From the NCBI GenBank assembly GCA_913055695.1, contig CAJXKF010000001.1:16354-80353 (forward strand): a DNA stretch of 64,000 nucleotides, given 5' to 3'. This document shows positions 40,750 through 50,716 of this stretch, piece by piece. The notes under the pieces were generated by a model. The model worked only from the letters and a program-made list of their open reading frames with translations. It searched no databases and was not told the origin of the DNA. Both the position numbers and the translations under genes were made by a program. This DNA comes from an uncultured Methylophaga sp. Lineage in GTDB: Bacteria; Pseudomonadota; Gammaproteobacteria; Nitrosococcales; Methylophagaceae. Positions within the stretch are counted from its first letter, which is position 1, and each line of letters begins with the position of its first letter.

Positions 40750-41795
40750 GCCAGATTGAGCTCCATTTCCGGATCCGGGGAATAACCGGCGATGGTTTCG
40801 ACTGCCTGTTTCCATTCCGGACTGGCCAGAAGCGCCTCACGCGGCATCGCATGACGTCCATGCAATCGAACCAGTCGGGCATGTCGCAGTGGATCCGGTT
40901 TAATTTTAAGGCCATCGATGACCGCTACCACACTGCCCGGATTATTGCAGACCAGCACCATATCACAACCAGCTTCCAGTGCCGCCTCAGCCCGCTCCAG
41001 CGGACCACCGACAATGGCTGCGCCTTCCATGCTGAGGTCATCACTCAGAATGGCCCCCTGAAAACCGAGGCGATCTCTGAGCACTTCCTGTAACCAGAAA
41101 CGGGAAAAGCCGGCCGGACGTTCATCACTCTGTTCATAAACGATGTGTGCCGGCATGATGCCTGCCAGTTCTTTCTGACACAGTTGCGCAAAAGGCAGAA
41201 TATCGGCCTGCAGCATGTCTTCAACATAACGGTCATCCACCGGCAATCCGAGATGAGAGTCGACCTCCACCGCACCATGACCGGGGAAATGTTTACCCAC
41301 CGCCGACATCCAGGCCCTGCGCATGCCATGAATATAGGCACGGGCAATATCAATAACCGCCCTGGGATCACGATGAAATGCACGATCTCCGATCACTTCA
41401 CTGACGCCGTAATCCAGATCCAGTACCGGGGCGAAGCTGAAGTCGACACCGACCGCGCGCAGTTCAGCGGCCATCAGCCAGCCGGTCTGTTCGGCCCGTT
41501 CCAGAGTGAGTTCGCGATGCTGATGAAATTCTTTACCGATAGACGCCACTGGCGGCAGACGGGTAAATCCCTGGCGAAAACGCTGTACCCGGCCGCCTTC
41601 ATGATCAACAGATATCAGAAGGTGTGGTTGTCGCAGGGCGTGAATCTCACTGCAAAGTGACTCTATCTGGCGGACATTTTCAAAATTGCGGCTGAACAGA
41701 ATCACACCGCCGACCAGCGGATGCTGCAGAATCTCTTTCTCTTCCTGACTCAGCGTAGTGCCGAGCAGATCGACCATCATCGGCCCTAGCGTCAT
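40746..41795 (-). CDS. nagZ: Beta-N-acetylhexosaminidase NagZ
   Basis: 349 aa, GH3 family, with ISVDHEGGRVQRF and KHFPGHG. Confidence 0.93.
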   Translation of the reverse strand: MTLGPMMVDLLGTTLSQEEKEILQHPLVGGVILFSRNFENVRQIESLCSEIHALRQPHLLISVDHEGGRVQRFRQGFTRLPPVASIGKEFHQHRELTLERAEQTGWLMAAELRAVGVDFSFAPVLDLDYGVSEVIGDRAFHRDPRAVIDIARAYIHGMRRAWMSAVGKHFPGHGAVEVDSHLGLPVDDRYVEDMLQADILPFAQLCQKELAGIMPAHIVYEQSDERPAGFSRFWLQEVLRDRLGFQGAILSDDLSMEGAAIVGGPLERAEAALEAGCDMVLVCNNPGSVVAVIDGLKIKPDPLRHARLVRLHGRHAMPREALLASPEWKQAVETIAGYSPDPEMELNLA

Positions 41796-41806
41796 ATTGT
41801 TAAACC

Positions 41807-42304
41807 CTATTCATGAATCAAGACTTTAAGACCCGGTTTAACCTGGTCGAATAAAGTCAGCAGATCCTGATTATGCATGCGGATACAGCCATGGGAGAGT
41901 GGCTGCCCCATCGGCGCCGAATCCGGACAACCGTGGATGTATATATAGCGACGCATTGTATCAACATTTCCCAGCCGGTTTCTGCCGATTTCCAGCCCAC
42001 TCAGCCATAAAATCCGGGTCAGAATCCAGTCCCGTTCAGGATAATCCTTTGCCATTTGGGCATGAAAGATTTCGCCGGTGGGACGACGACCGACAAAAAC
42101 GGTATTGAGTGGTTGTCCCTGACCTATTAATGCACGTATCTGATGCCAGCCCCGCGGTGTACAACCACTGCCGTTAGCCTCACCGGCACCATTCAAGGCG
42201 GTAGAAACGGCTGCAGTAAATACACAGTTCTGATCCTGCCACAGGCGGCATATTTGCTCAGCGAGGGAAATTTCCAGCCATTCAGAAGGCGAGACTTGAC
42301 ACAT
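41807..42304 (-). CDS. L,D-transpeptidase (YkuD domain) family protein
   Basis: 165 aa with the active-site motif HGCIRMHNQD. Confidence 0.8.
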   Translation of the reverse strand: MCQVSPSEWLEISLAEQICRLWQDQNCVFTAAVSTALNGAGEANGSGCTPRGWHQIRALIGQGQPLNTVFVGRRPTGEIFHAQMAKDYPERDWILTRILWLSGLEIGRNRLGNVDTMRRYIYIHGCPDSAPMGQPLSHGCIRMHNQDLLTLFDQVKPGLKVLIHE

Positions 42305-42371
42305 TAGCGTTCAGTTCTTCAATACGTTTTTATCCGGTCACGATAGCAAAGCCGGCTTTCGATTGCGACTC

Positions 42372-43391
42372 TCAAACAGTCTCCTTATTAAACGCCTGTC
42401 TTACGCCCCAACTGGTGTAAACACGGGCAACAGTCAATACCAGACAAGACAAAAAAGCCATGTATAAAAACAGGTCTGCCAGTGATTGACGGGGCAACCG
42501 CTCTTCCACGATTAAAGGCTGGTATTGCTGGCGATGTATCTCATCGATAGCTGCGGCAAACTCTTTCAGAGAGCCAGCTTCAAATGCCTGATAAGGCGTA
42601 TTCAATTGCTTGAAAAATGCATGTAATTTGCGTTCCGGCATATCCAGCCACAGTAGATTGTCATCCTCATGCTCGTCGAGCGTCATGCCCCTGACAGTAC
42701 GCAGATAAATCCAGTATAGATTGATTCGCATCTGGGCCAGACGTTGTTGTAATTGTGATTTTTCATCAGCATCCAGTATTTCACCGCCATCCGAAATCAG
42801 CAGTATATTGCGTGAACCGCGGTAGGTTTCGCCCTCAAACATGTCGGCGGCCTTGCTCAGGGCCTTAAAGATATCGGTTTTCGACAAGCCTTTGCCCAGC
42901 CCTCCGGCTTCAATCGTGGCCAGAATTGCCTCCCGGTTGTAGCTCAATGGCAGAATTTCAGTTGCCCGGGTACTGAACAGGATGTAACCAAAACGGTCAT
43001 CCGGCCGGCGTTTAACAAATTCCACCAGATAGTCCCGTGACACCGTCCGTTTACTGCGGGTGGAAAACGCTTCTATCGGTAAGGTATTGCGTGGTGGCCG
43101 GGCGAAGATATCATCCATGCTGCGACTGCGGTCGAGCAAAATCACGAATTCTGCACCCTGTCTGCTGCGCTCTACGATTCGTTCCGGGATGTACGGGTTG
43201 GCCAGCGCCACAAGCAGGCAGGCAATGACCATGGATGACAAGATTTTGAACAGCAGTGTCAGAAGTTGTGACACGCGGTCATGGGGTAACAGCGCCTGCC
43301 AGGCCACAGTCTTATCCGTGTTGTGACTGAGCCAGGGCAATAAGGCCAGGGGCAACAGCCACAATAGTACGGGGATATCCCAGCTCAGCAT
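42372..43391 (-). CDS. Membrane-anchored von Willebrand factor A protein (BatA/MxaC-like); paralog of 44934..45950
   Basis: 339 aa. N-terminal and C-terminal TMs. MIDAS motif LLDRSRSMDD. About half of aligned residues are identical to the 338-aa paralog by eye. Confidence 0.75.
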   Translation of the reverse strand: MLSWDIPVLLWLLPLALLPWLSHNTDKTVAWQALLPHDRVSQLLTLLFKILSSMVIACLLVALANPYIPERIVERSRQGAEFVILLDRSRSMDDIFARPPRNTLPIEAFSTRSKRTVSRDYLVEFVKRRPDDRFGYILFSTRATEILPLSYNREAILATIEAGGLGKGLSKTDIFKALSKAADMFEGETYRGSRNILLISDGGEILDADEKSQLQQRLAQMRINLYWIYLRTVRGMTLDEHEDDNLLWLDMPERKLHAFFKQLNTPYQAFEAGSLKEFAAAIDEIHRQQYQPLIVEERLPRQSLADLFLYMAFLSCLVLTVARVYTSWGVRQAFNKETV

Positions 43392-43469
43392 GATTCAAAT
43401 GCCTGCATGAGATCTCTGATGCGGTTCCTGTACTGCATAGCCAGCTCCCGCTTGGATGGCTGTTACCCG

Positions 43470-44405
43470 CTAATCGTCGGTTCGGATAAACCAGCCATAA
43501 GGTAAATAAACCAGCAGAATCAATATCAAAGCGATCCCGGCAAACCAGGCATAGAGATCATAATCAATGGTCTGTGGCCGAGTTTCTGAGACTTGCCGAA
43601 TCGTATCGACCAGCTTGCCCGGCTTGGTCGGTGACGAAACAAACTCAAAGCCCACCCTATCTGCCAGAGTCTGCAAGTGTGACTTTTTCTGCGAAGACAA
43701 ATGTTCAGTGCGTGCCTGTGGCACATTCATGGTAGTGTCAGCCTGTAGCGAGGCATAGACATCCTGATGCATCACATCATTGACACCCCAGACGCCTTCT
43801 ATTTCGCCCTGTTCGTTGGTTTTGGGAATCGGTAATAAATCTTCACCACCGACGCCGACCATCACACCATGGATTTCACCCGGTTTACCATCGAACTTGG
43901 GAAACAGGGATTCATGTAACGGCGGCGATTCGTGACCATCAGTGACAAACACGATGGTGGGTTCGGGTTCGATTTCCTTGGCCTGACGAATAGCGGTATA
44001 GACCGCTTTGGAAACTTCACTGGAACGGGCCCAGGCCATATGCGGATCGAACTTGTTCAGCATCTGCGTGAGGTCATGATAGCTGCTGCAGACTTCCACC
44101 GGATTCATCAGAATCAGGCTTCTGGCTTCACTGAAAATCGCGAGGCCGGCATGGGCGCCGCAGGGCATCTCCAGAAAAGTACGACGGGTGAATTCTTTGG
44201 CCCAGGCCAGACGGCTCACTGCTTCACCATTTACCTTTGCATCCTGCACATTCATGCTGTCGGTGATATCTATCACGAACAGCGCGTCCATGATTTTGAC
44301 ATCACGCTTGATATGCGGCATCCAAAGCGCCGCCATCACCAGCAACAGGGCCACCACCATGATAATGGCAGTGAGCATGATGCGTTTCTGATAGCTCAGC
44401 CTCAT
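43470..44405 (-). CDS. Membrane-anchored VWA protein (BatB/MxaL-like)
   Basis: 311 aa. N-terminal TM, MIDAS motif FVIDITDSMN, and a C-terminal TM (WFAGIALILILLVYL). Confidence 0.7.
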   Translation of the reverse strand: MRLSYQKRIMLTAIIMVVALLLVMAALWMPHIKRDVKIMDALFVIDITDSMNVQDAKVNGEAVSRLAWAKEFTRRTFLEMPCGAHAGLAIFSEARSLILMNPVEVCSSYHDLTQMLNKFDPHMAWARSSEVSKAVYTAIRQAKEIEPEPTIVFVTDGHESPPLHESLFPKFDGKPGEIHGVMVGVGGEDLLPIPKTNEQGEIEGVWGVNDVMHQDVYASLQADTTMNVPQARTEHLSSQKKSHLQTLADRVGFEFVSSPTKPGKLVDTIRQVSETRPQTIDYDLYAWFAGIALILILLVYLPYGWFIRTDD

Positions 44406-44941
44406 GGCAAATCAACCTTGAAGGCTTTACTCTCAATCGAGCGCTGGCTGCTGATCACATTTTTTTCAAAATCTTCATTATTGGCAGGATCTTCCGGTAC
44501 CACACGCAATGCAATTTCCAGATTGTAACGGGCACTCCACATCTGCGGATCCAGGGCCAGCGCACTGCGATAATCCTGTTTGGCCAGTTCCACCAGCGGA
44601 ATTTGTCTACCGTCAGAGCTGGTCAGCTCCAGCGCTTCACGAAGATTGATATTGCCGCGGTTGAAATAGGCGAGCGGTAATAATCCGGCATCAGCCTCTC
44701 CCAGCACCTGCGTGAAAGCTTCCAATGCTTCGTTATGCTTTTGCTGCCGCTCGAGCATATTGGCATAGGCGAAATGGGCCCGCGGATCATCGGGGACGGT
44801 TTCAAATGCTTCCGGTTCGCTGATATAGGCATTGACCTGCTGTGCCTGCCACAGGCGCAGCCCAGTGATGACAGCCAATATAGCACTGCCGATAATCAGT
44901 AACAGCAGCAGCCAGCGGGCTAAAAGCAAAAATTTATTCAT
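44402..44941 (-). CDS. TPR-repeat membrane-anchored protein (BatC/MxaK position)
   Basis: 179 aa. N-terminal TM, then TPR-like repeats (AYANMLERQQKHNEALEAFTQVL, AYFNRGNINLREA, YRSALALDPQMWSARYNLEIAL). Overlaps both neighbours. Confidence 0.65.
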   Translation of the reverse strand: MNKFLLLARWLLLLLIIGSAILAVITGLRLWQAQQVNAYISEPEAFETVPDDPRAHFAYANMLERQQKHNEALEAFTQVLGEADAGLLPLAYFNRGNINLREALELTSSDGRQIPLVELAKQDYRSALALDPQMWSARYNLEIALRVVPEDPANNEDFEKNVISSQRSIESKAFKVDLP

Positions 44942-45950
44942 GGGCTTTTTTCACTCCCCAGAAGGTATAGACATGAGATGCTGCCAGCAGGAGGGCTGCC
45001 AGCAATGCAAGCCATAACAGGGCATCGGTTTTAGGTTCATGCGGCAGCGTTTCCTCAACGATCAGCGTCTGATAGTGCTGCCGGTCGATTTCAGCCAGAG
45101 CCTCGGCAAAAGCTTCCAGTGAGCCGGCCTCAAAAGCGCGGTATGGCACACCGATGGACTTGAAAAAGTTATGCAGCTTACGTTCGGGAATATCGACCCA
45201 GAGCAGACTGTCCTCTTCCGACTCTTCCAAAGTCATTGCCTGGTTGGATTTGAGATAAATCCAGTAAATGCTGAGGTTCATCTCCTTATAAATCCGGCTG
45301 ATCTGCTCCTTGGCTTCATCAGACAACAACTGGCCTCCATCAGATACCAGCAATACGATGCGTGAGCCTCGATATGCCTGACCTTCAAACATCTCGGCAC
45401 TGCTGAGCAGCGCCTCCGCCATATTGGTATCGGACAAACCTTTACCCAATGCATTGGCATTAATCGTCGCCAGCACGACATCCTTGTCATAAGTCAGCGG
45501 CAGCAGATTGACCGATTTGGTACTGAAAAACACAAATCCGAAACGGTCATCGGGCCGGTTTTTGACAAACTCGGTGAGATAATCACGGGCGACATTACGT
45601 TTGGAGTTGTCTCCGCCGACACTGACTGCCGCTGCCTGATGCTTGACCGCAAACGGGTCGTCCATACTGCGACTGCGATCAAGCAGCAGCACAATCTCCG
45701 CCCCCTCGCCAATGCGTTCCACTTTCTGCTCCGGCAGGCTGGGGCCGGCTAGCGCCAGTACCAATGCGGTAATGACCAGTGTCGACAGAATTTTCAGACC
45801 GACGTTGAAAAAGCGGGATAAGGGATCCATCGGCACCAGATTGACCCAGGCCACGGTTTTATCAAGATTGTGGTTAAACCAGGGCAGCACTGCCAATGGC
45901 AGCAGCAGCAAAAAGCCGGGGTTAAACCATTCCAGACCCAACAGGTTCAT
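44934..45950 (-). CDS. Membrane-anchored VWA protein (BatA/MxaC-like)
   Basis: 338 aa. MIDAS motif LLLDRSRSMDD and TM segments at both ends. Confidence 0.75.
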   Translation of the reverse strand: MNLLGLEWFNPGFLLLLPLAVLPWFNHNLDKTVAWVNLVPMDPLSRFFNVGLKILSTLVITALVLALAGPSLPEQKVERIGEGAEIVLLLDRSRSMDDPFAVKHQAAAVSVGGDNSKRNVARDYLTEFVKNRPDDRFGFVFFSTKSVNLLPLTYDKDVVLATINANALGKGLSDTNMAEALLSSAEMFEGQAYRGSRIVLLVSDGGQLLSDEAKEQISRIYKEMNLSIYWIYLKSNQAMTLEESEEDSLLWVDIPERKLHNFFKSIGVPYRAFEAGSLEAFAEALAEIDRQHYQTLIVEETLPHEPKTDALLWLALLAALLLAASHVYTFWGVKKAHE

Positions 45951-46792
45951 GCCAGGCGCTCCCGCTCCCGGCAGGCTTTAGCCAGCTTCAGTACATCCTC
46001 AAACGTTTTCTGCTCGGCGGCTGCCGGGCTGAAATAATGTGCCGCTGAACTACGGTAAAACGCCTCAATATCAGTCTTCAGCGGTGTCAGCCAGGGAGAC
46101 TGCTGCCAGAGTTTGTCCAGTTCGCTGTTGATCACAACCCGGCCGGCACTGCGATTAAATGCATGATGCAGGCTTCGGCTTGCCGCATCGGCATCTTTAC
46201 GGCCCAGCAGGCGCATCTTGTTAAGTTCAAACATGGCCGATGCAAACGGCAGGCGATGACGGGGACGCAGACCAAAATGCCAGAACAACCAGATCACACT
46301 GCTCAGCAGTAATACCATCAGTGTGGTCCACAGTTGCCAGAGCAATGTGGTTTGCTCGGTGGGCACTAGACGCATATCACCACGCGGGATCACACTGGGC
46401 ATGCCCTCGCCTTCAGCGCCCTGTTCCATAAATGAGCCAATCTGCATCGGTGCTGACGGCACCGTGATGAACTTGCCGTCTTTTGTTCTTAACTCCAGTT
46501 CCGGAGTGGCGACTTCACGATTTTCAGCTGGCACATTAATCAGCTGGAAGTGCAAAGTGAGCACATTTCCCTGCTGCTGACTGTCATGCAGATACAGCCA
46601 GGGACCGTAGCGCTTTTCATCCTGAGGCAGAGAGTGTGAGTCGAGTTCGGTCACCGGCACGGGCAATTCCACAGTCGCTGTCAGCATGTCCCCCACCAGC
46701 AGCCCCCAACTCCGGTCCAGCTCAATCGAGGTATCTATTGCCTGCGCCTGCAGGGACAACAGAAACAGGATTAATACAAAGCATTTACGCAT
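45947..46792 (-). CDS. Secreted/membrane protein of unknown function in the MxaA position (periplasmic domain + TM + DUF4381-like tail)
   Basis: 281 aa. Signal peptide MRKCFVLILFLLSLQAQA, a central TM (LWQLWTTLMVLLLSSVIWLFW), and a helical cytoplasmic tail. The call rests on architecture and position only. Confidence 0.45.
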   Translation of the reverse strand: MRKCFVLILFLLSLQAQAIDTSIELDRSWGLLVGDMLTATVELPVPVTELDSHSLPQDEKRYGPWLYLHDSQQQGNVLTLHFQLINVPAENREVATPELELRTKDGKFITVPSAPMQIGSFMEQGAEGEGMPSVIPRGDMRLVPTEQTTLLWQLWTTLMVLLLSSVIWLFWHFGLRPRHRLPFASAMFELNKMRLLGRKDADAASRSLHHAFNRSAGRVVINSELDKLWQQSPWLTPLKTDIEAFYRSSAAHYFSPAAAEQKTFEDVLKLAKACRERERLA

Positions 46793-46802
46793 ATCAGCAT
46801 CC

Positions 46803-47690
46803 CTAAGCTCTTTTCATACCGTGAAAATATTCGGTCAACTGCTGCGGTGTAATATCACTATCTACAAACAAGGGTCTGATGCGGTAACGCATGAAACACT
46901 CGGTCAACCTTGAAAAATGATCATCCATCTGCTGCTGCCAGCGCTTTTTCATCCCGGGCCGCATCCACACGCTGTGACGCTGACCGGTCTCGGCATCGCG
47001 GGTTTCAGCCCAGCCTGCATGCGACGGAAAATGATCAACATCATCATGACGCCAGACAATCGGAATCACCGTGTAATGCGACAGCTTTCGCAGGCTGCGC
47101 TCAACCAGTTCCAGATCGAAACAGAAGTCAGAAGCGAGAAACACCATGGCCCGTTTGTTATTAACCAGATCTGCCGCGTGAAACAGGCCATCGGCACCGG
47201 GCGCTGAAGGTGCTGGCGCAGTCAGCAGTTTTTCTGCAGCAAAAGCCGGCATACTGCGCTGTGTGGTCGGCATGATGGTGAGATCCTGACGCCAGAGCGA
47301 ATCAAAAGCCGCCATGGCAAAGCGGTCTCCCAGACCGATAGCACTGTGCGCAATCATATGCGCCAGTCGCGCCAGTCTCTCGTGATTCACACTGGCCACC
47401 GACATCGATTTACTGACATCAGCCAGCAGCCATAAGGTGATCGAAGCTCTTTGCTGATAGCGTTTCACCAGCCAGCGCTGTTGCTGCTGGGTGATATCTG
47501 CTGCCTGACTGCGGATACTGGCGCGGATATCCAGACGTCGGGGATCGGGATAATCGAACAGATCGGCAAAACCGGCGAAGCGATCACCACTACCCAAGGC
47601 GGTGCCGCTATGGGCACCGGGCACATGACCGAACACCTTATCCGGGAAACGGTAAGTAAATTCCTGCGGCTGCAGGTCTCGTAAATCCAT
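46803..47690 (-). CDS. DUF58-family protein (MxaS-like)
   Basis: 295 aa with the DUF58-type degenerate VWA core LWLLADVSKSMSV. Immediately downstream of the MoxR ATPase gene. Confidence 0.8.
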   Translation of the reverse strand: MDLRDLQPQEFTYRFPDKVFGHVPGAHSGTALGSGDRFAGFADLFDYPDPRRLDIRASIRSQAADITQQQQRWLVKRYQQRASITLWLLADVSKSMSVASVNHERLARLAHMIAHSAIGLGDRFAMAAFDSLWRQDLTIMPTTQRSMPAFAAEKLLTAPAPSAPGADGLFHAADLVNNKRAMVFLASDFCFDLELVERSLRKLSHYTVIPIVWRHDDVDHFPSHAGWAETRDAETGQRHSVWMRPGMKKRWQQQMDDHFSRLTECFMRYRIRPLFVDSDITPQQLTEYFHGMKRA

Positions 47691-47695
47691 GACGA

Positions 47696-48715
47696 TTAAG
47701 GTGTAGCGATGTGATCGCGCAGCGCACTGACAAACTGCGGCATGATCTGTTCACGACGACCTTCATAGACCGGCGACAGGAACACACGATGCGTCATCGA
47801 GGGCAGCAGCACGGTATGAATATCATCCGGCAGCACATGATCACGCCCTTCCAGCCAGGCACTGACTTTGGCCGCACGCACCATCGCTGACATGCCACGC
47901 ACACTGGCACCGGCTACCACCAGGTCTTCTACGTAGATATCATCGAGCTGGATACCCATTTCCGCCGGTTTCCAGCTGGCGTCCCAGAGGCGCACCACGT
48001 AGTTTTCGATTTCCGGTGAGACAAAAATGGAACGCTGAATTTCACGATCCAGTTGATTCAGTTCGCGGTAGTCCAGCAACGGCTCACTGATACCGGAGAG
48101 TAACTGATCAACATCATGGAAAGCCGGATCGAAAATCAGCCGGCGGCGAATTTCGTCTTCCTCAGGACGACTGATATTGATTTCAAACAGGAAGCGGTCA
48201 CGCGCGGCTGCGCTCAATTCAAAGGTTTCTTCTTTTTCCACCGCATTGCGGTCAGCAAATACCACCATATGCGGGAAACGGTATTCCTTGCCGAAGGCTT
48301 CCACGCTGCGCTCGGCCATGGCCCGTAGCAGCAATGACTGGACCTGAGGCCTGGCGCGGTTGATTTCGTTGAAGAAGAACACCGCCGTTTCTTCACCGTG
48401 GCTAATCAGCGGACCGGGGTCAATCACCGGTTTGCCTTCTGCATTCACCCAGGCACTGTAAAGCAGGTCATTGGGCATCAGATCGACACTACCTTCAATA
48501 CGACCGAATGCACCGCCGAGTGCTTTGGAAAAAGCCCGCAGCAAGGTAGTTTTACCGACACCGACACCGCCTTCCAGTAGGACGTGACCGCGGGCATGCA
48601 GGGCAATCAGAATCAATCTGACTGCCTGGGTCTGACCGACAACAACGTCATTAACGCCTTTTTCCAGTGCCAGCGCATGATCACGCGCTGTTTGTAACAG
48701 CTGAGATTCAGCCAT
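47696..48715 (-). CDS. MoxR-family AAA+ ATPase (MxaR-like)
   Basis: 339 aa. Walker A LLEGGVGVGKTTL and Walker B FFNEINRA, with typical MoxR length. Confidence 0.92.
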   Translation of the reverse strand: MAESQLLQTARDHALALEKGVNDVVVGQTQAVRLILIALHARGHVLLEGGVGVGKTTLLRAFSKALGGAFGRIEGSVDLMPNDLLYSAWVNAEGKPVIDPGPLISHGEETAVFFFNEINRARPQVQSLLLRAMAERSVEAFGKEYRFPHMVVFADRNAVEKEETFELSAAARDRFLFEINISRPEEDEIRRRLIFDPAFHDVDQLLSGISEPLLDYRELNQLDREIQRSIFVSPEIENYVVRLWDASWKPAEMGIQLDDIYVEDLVVAGASVRGMSAMVRAAKVSAWLEGRDHVLPDDIHTVLLPSMTHRVFLSPVYEGRREQIMPQFVSALRDHIATP

Positions 48716-48760
48716 GTTCTCTCCCCTTAACTATTATTATGTTTTTTGTGCTGGACTACT

Positions 48761-49159
48761 TTACCAAGCAAATTGCAGAAAAGTGAATCCAATCCAGACA
48801 AAACCCACGGTGGTAATGGCAAAACTCACCGCCGAGAAAAGCTTCCAGATCATTTTGTCCCAGAATGCCATATCAAATGCGGCCACAATAAAGATGGTCG
48901 GATTGGTGAAGCCACCAATCGCTACCGCCGAGCAGGCCAGCACTGGCAGGTCGATACCAGCGCCTTTGGCAGCCCCGTAAAAGCCCAGACTGAATAGCGC
49001 CATCAGTGCATAATCCACATGCGCCCGGATCATGGTTTTGTAATCGATAATAAAGGCATCAACGCCGGGCAATGGAAACCATTTGGCAAAGGTCATCAGC
49101 CAGGCACTTAGAATCAGCGCCGTCATCATCGCCACGGCACCCATCAGTAAAATGTCCAT
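48761..49159 (-). CDS. Small polytopic membrane protein, unknown function (132 aa, about 4 TM)
   Basis: Hydrophobic ORF 46 nt upstream of the MoxR gene on the same strand. No recognisable motif. Confidence 0.5.
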   Translation of the reverse strand: MDILLMGAVAMMTALILSAWLMTFAKWFPLPGVDAFIIDYKTMIRAHVDYALMALFSLGFYGAAKGAGIDLPVLACSAVAIGGFTNPTIFIVAAFDMAFWDKMIWKLFSAVSFAITTVGFVWIGFTFLQFAW

Positions 49160-49342
49160 CTTTGTCTCTCGCTATGTTGTTTATTGTTATCTGAACCACC
49201 GCTATTAGAAACGGTAAGCGAGATCACCGCATCAGATATCTGCCCTCAAACTACGGGCAAATTTCCCGAGCTGAATGAATGGCTTTCAAGCAGCGCTGAG
49301 ACAGCCTAGACTTTAACTTCCTTTCAGCCCCGTGAAATACGC

Positions 49343-50716
49343 ATGAATTTAAAATTTCAGTTGCTGCTACGCATTCTGCTAATTGCCCTTGTCTGTCTGA
49401 TGGGTAGCGCCTGGTATGTGCTGTACCAGACTGATAAACAGGCGATTTTTGAAGCCAAGCAAACCGCCAGCCGGATTGAAAGACAAACCCGCCAGCAAAT
49501 GCTGCAGATGTTTCAGCGTTATGACTTCTCGCGCCCTTTCCCTGACGTGAACCAGTGGCGTGGCATCGGTGGCGTGCCCGGTTCCTGTACCCAGTTTCTG
49601 TCGCGCACTCAGAGTCGGGAGCGCAGTCTGTGTAACGATATGCCTGATCTGGAAACCACTTATCCGGGTTGGTTCGGCAATTTTTACAGTCAGTTTTTTA
49701 ATCCGGACTACGAGGTCAGAACCCCGGTTAATTTCAATGCCCTGCGCTACGGCACCGTACTGGTAACCTTGAATGTGCAGATGGAAACCACCCGCGCCTG
49801 GAATAATCTGCGCGCCGTGACCGGTGTGTTGACGGTCACTTTTGTCGCCCTTTGTGTATTGATGTTCTGGACCATTAACCGTATGCTGCGGCCGGCACAG
49901 CGCATTGTCAGTGGCCTCGAAACAATGCGCGAGGGCAACCTGGATTACCGCCTGCCCAGCTTTGAAATTGCTGAGTGGCGACGCACCAGTGAGGCTATCA
50001 ATGCTTTGGCCAGCAGTCAGCAACATACGCTGGCTGAAAACAAACGACTGGCTCTGAAACTGATGAATGCGCAGGAAGAAGAGCACCGCTATATTTCACG
50101 CGAGTTGCATGACGAGTTCGGCCAATGCCTCGCCGGTATCAATGCGGTCACCGCATCCATCGCCCAAACTGCCAGAAAAGACTGTCCTGCCGTGGTTGAG
50201 GAAGTACAGTCCATCAGTCATATTACCGCGCATATGATGACCGCATTGCGAAACCTGCTGACTCGTCTCAGACCCAGCGAGGTGGATGAACTTGGACTCA
50301 GTGCCAGCCTGAAACAACTGGTAAAAAGCTGGAACCAGCGCGGCGGTAACCAGACTCAGTACCAGTTGGATATCGATAACAGCCTGGATCAGTTGCCTGA
50401 TCCGCTACCAGTCAATATCTACCGGATCGTGCAGGAATGTCTCACCAATATTGCCAAGCACGCCAAAGCTGGTAAGGCGGAAATTAATCTCCGACGGATG
50501 ACTGATAATACGGTTCTTGTCACCATCAGTGACGATGGCATTGCCCAGGCGGAATCGTTTGAAAATACCATGGGAATGGGGCTGTTCGGTATTCATGAAC
50601 GGGTCACAGCTTTGGGCGGACATCTCAGCCTGCAGGCCCAGCGCTACGGTGGCTTGCTGGTCAGCGTATCCTTGCCTGTTCCTGAATCAACTCAAGAGTC
50701 TTTGCAATATGAGTAG
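49343..50716 (+). CDS. Sensor histidine kinase, HisKA_3 (NarX/LiaS) class, with a periplasmic sensor and a HAMP domain
   Basis: 457 aa. Two TMs, a HAMP domain, H-box ISRELHDEFGQCLAGI, and an HATPase_c region with G-box GMGLFGIHERV. Confidence 0.88.
   Translation: MNLKFQLLLRILLIALVCLMGSAWYVLYQTDKQAIFEAKQTASRIERQTRQQMLQMFQRYDFSRPFPDVNQWRGIGGVPGSCTQFLSRTQSRERSLCNDMPDLETTYPGWFGNFYSQFFNPDYEVRTPVNFNALRYGTVLVTLNVQMETTRAWNNLRAVTGVLTVTFVALCVLMFWTINRMLRPAQRIVSGLETMREGNLDYRLPSFEIAEWRRTSEAINALASSQQHTLAENKRLALKLMNAQEEEHRYISRELHDEFGQCLAGINAVTASIAQTARKDCPAVVEEVQSISHITAHMMTALRNLLTRLRPSEVDELGLSASLKQLVKSWNQRGGNQTQYQLDIDNSLDQLPDPLPVNIYRIVQECLTNIAKHAKAGKAEINLRRMTDNTVLVTISDDGIAQAESFENTMGMGLFGIHERVTALGGHLSLQAQRYGGLLVSVSLPVPESTQESLQYE

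Noticed and set aside
49379-50086. 235-aa minus-strand ORF
   Set aside because: Antisense to the histidine kinase gene, which has clear HAMP, H-box and ATPase motifs. Shadow ORF.
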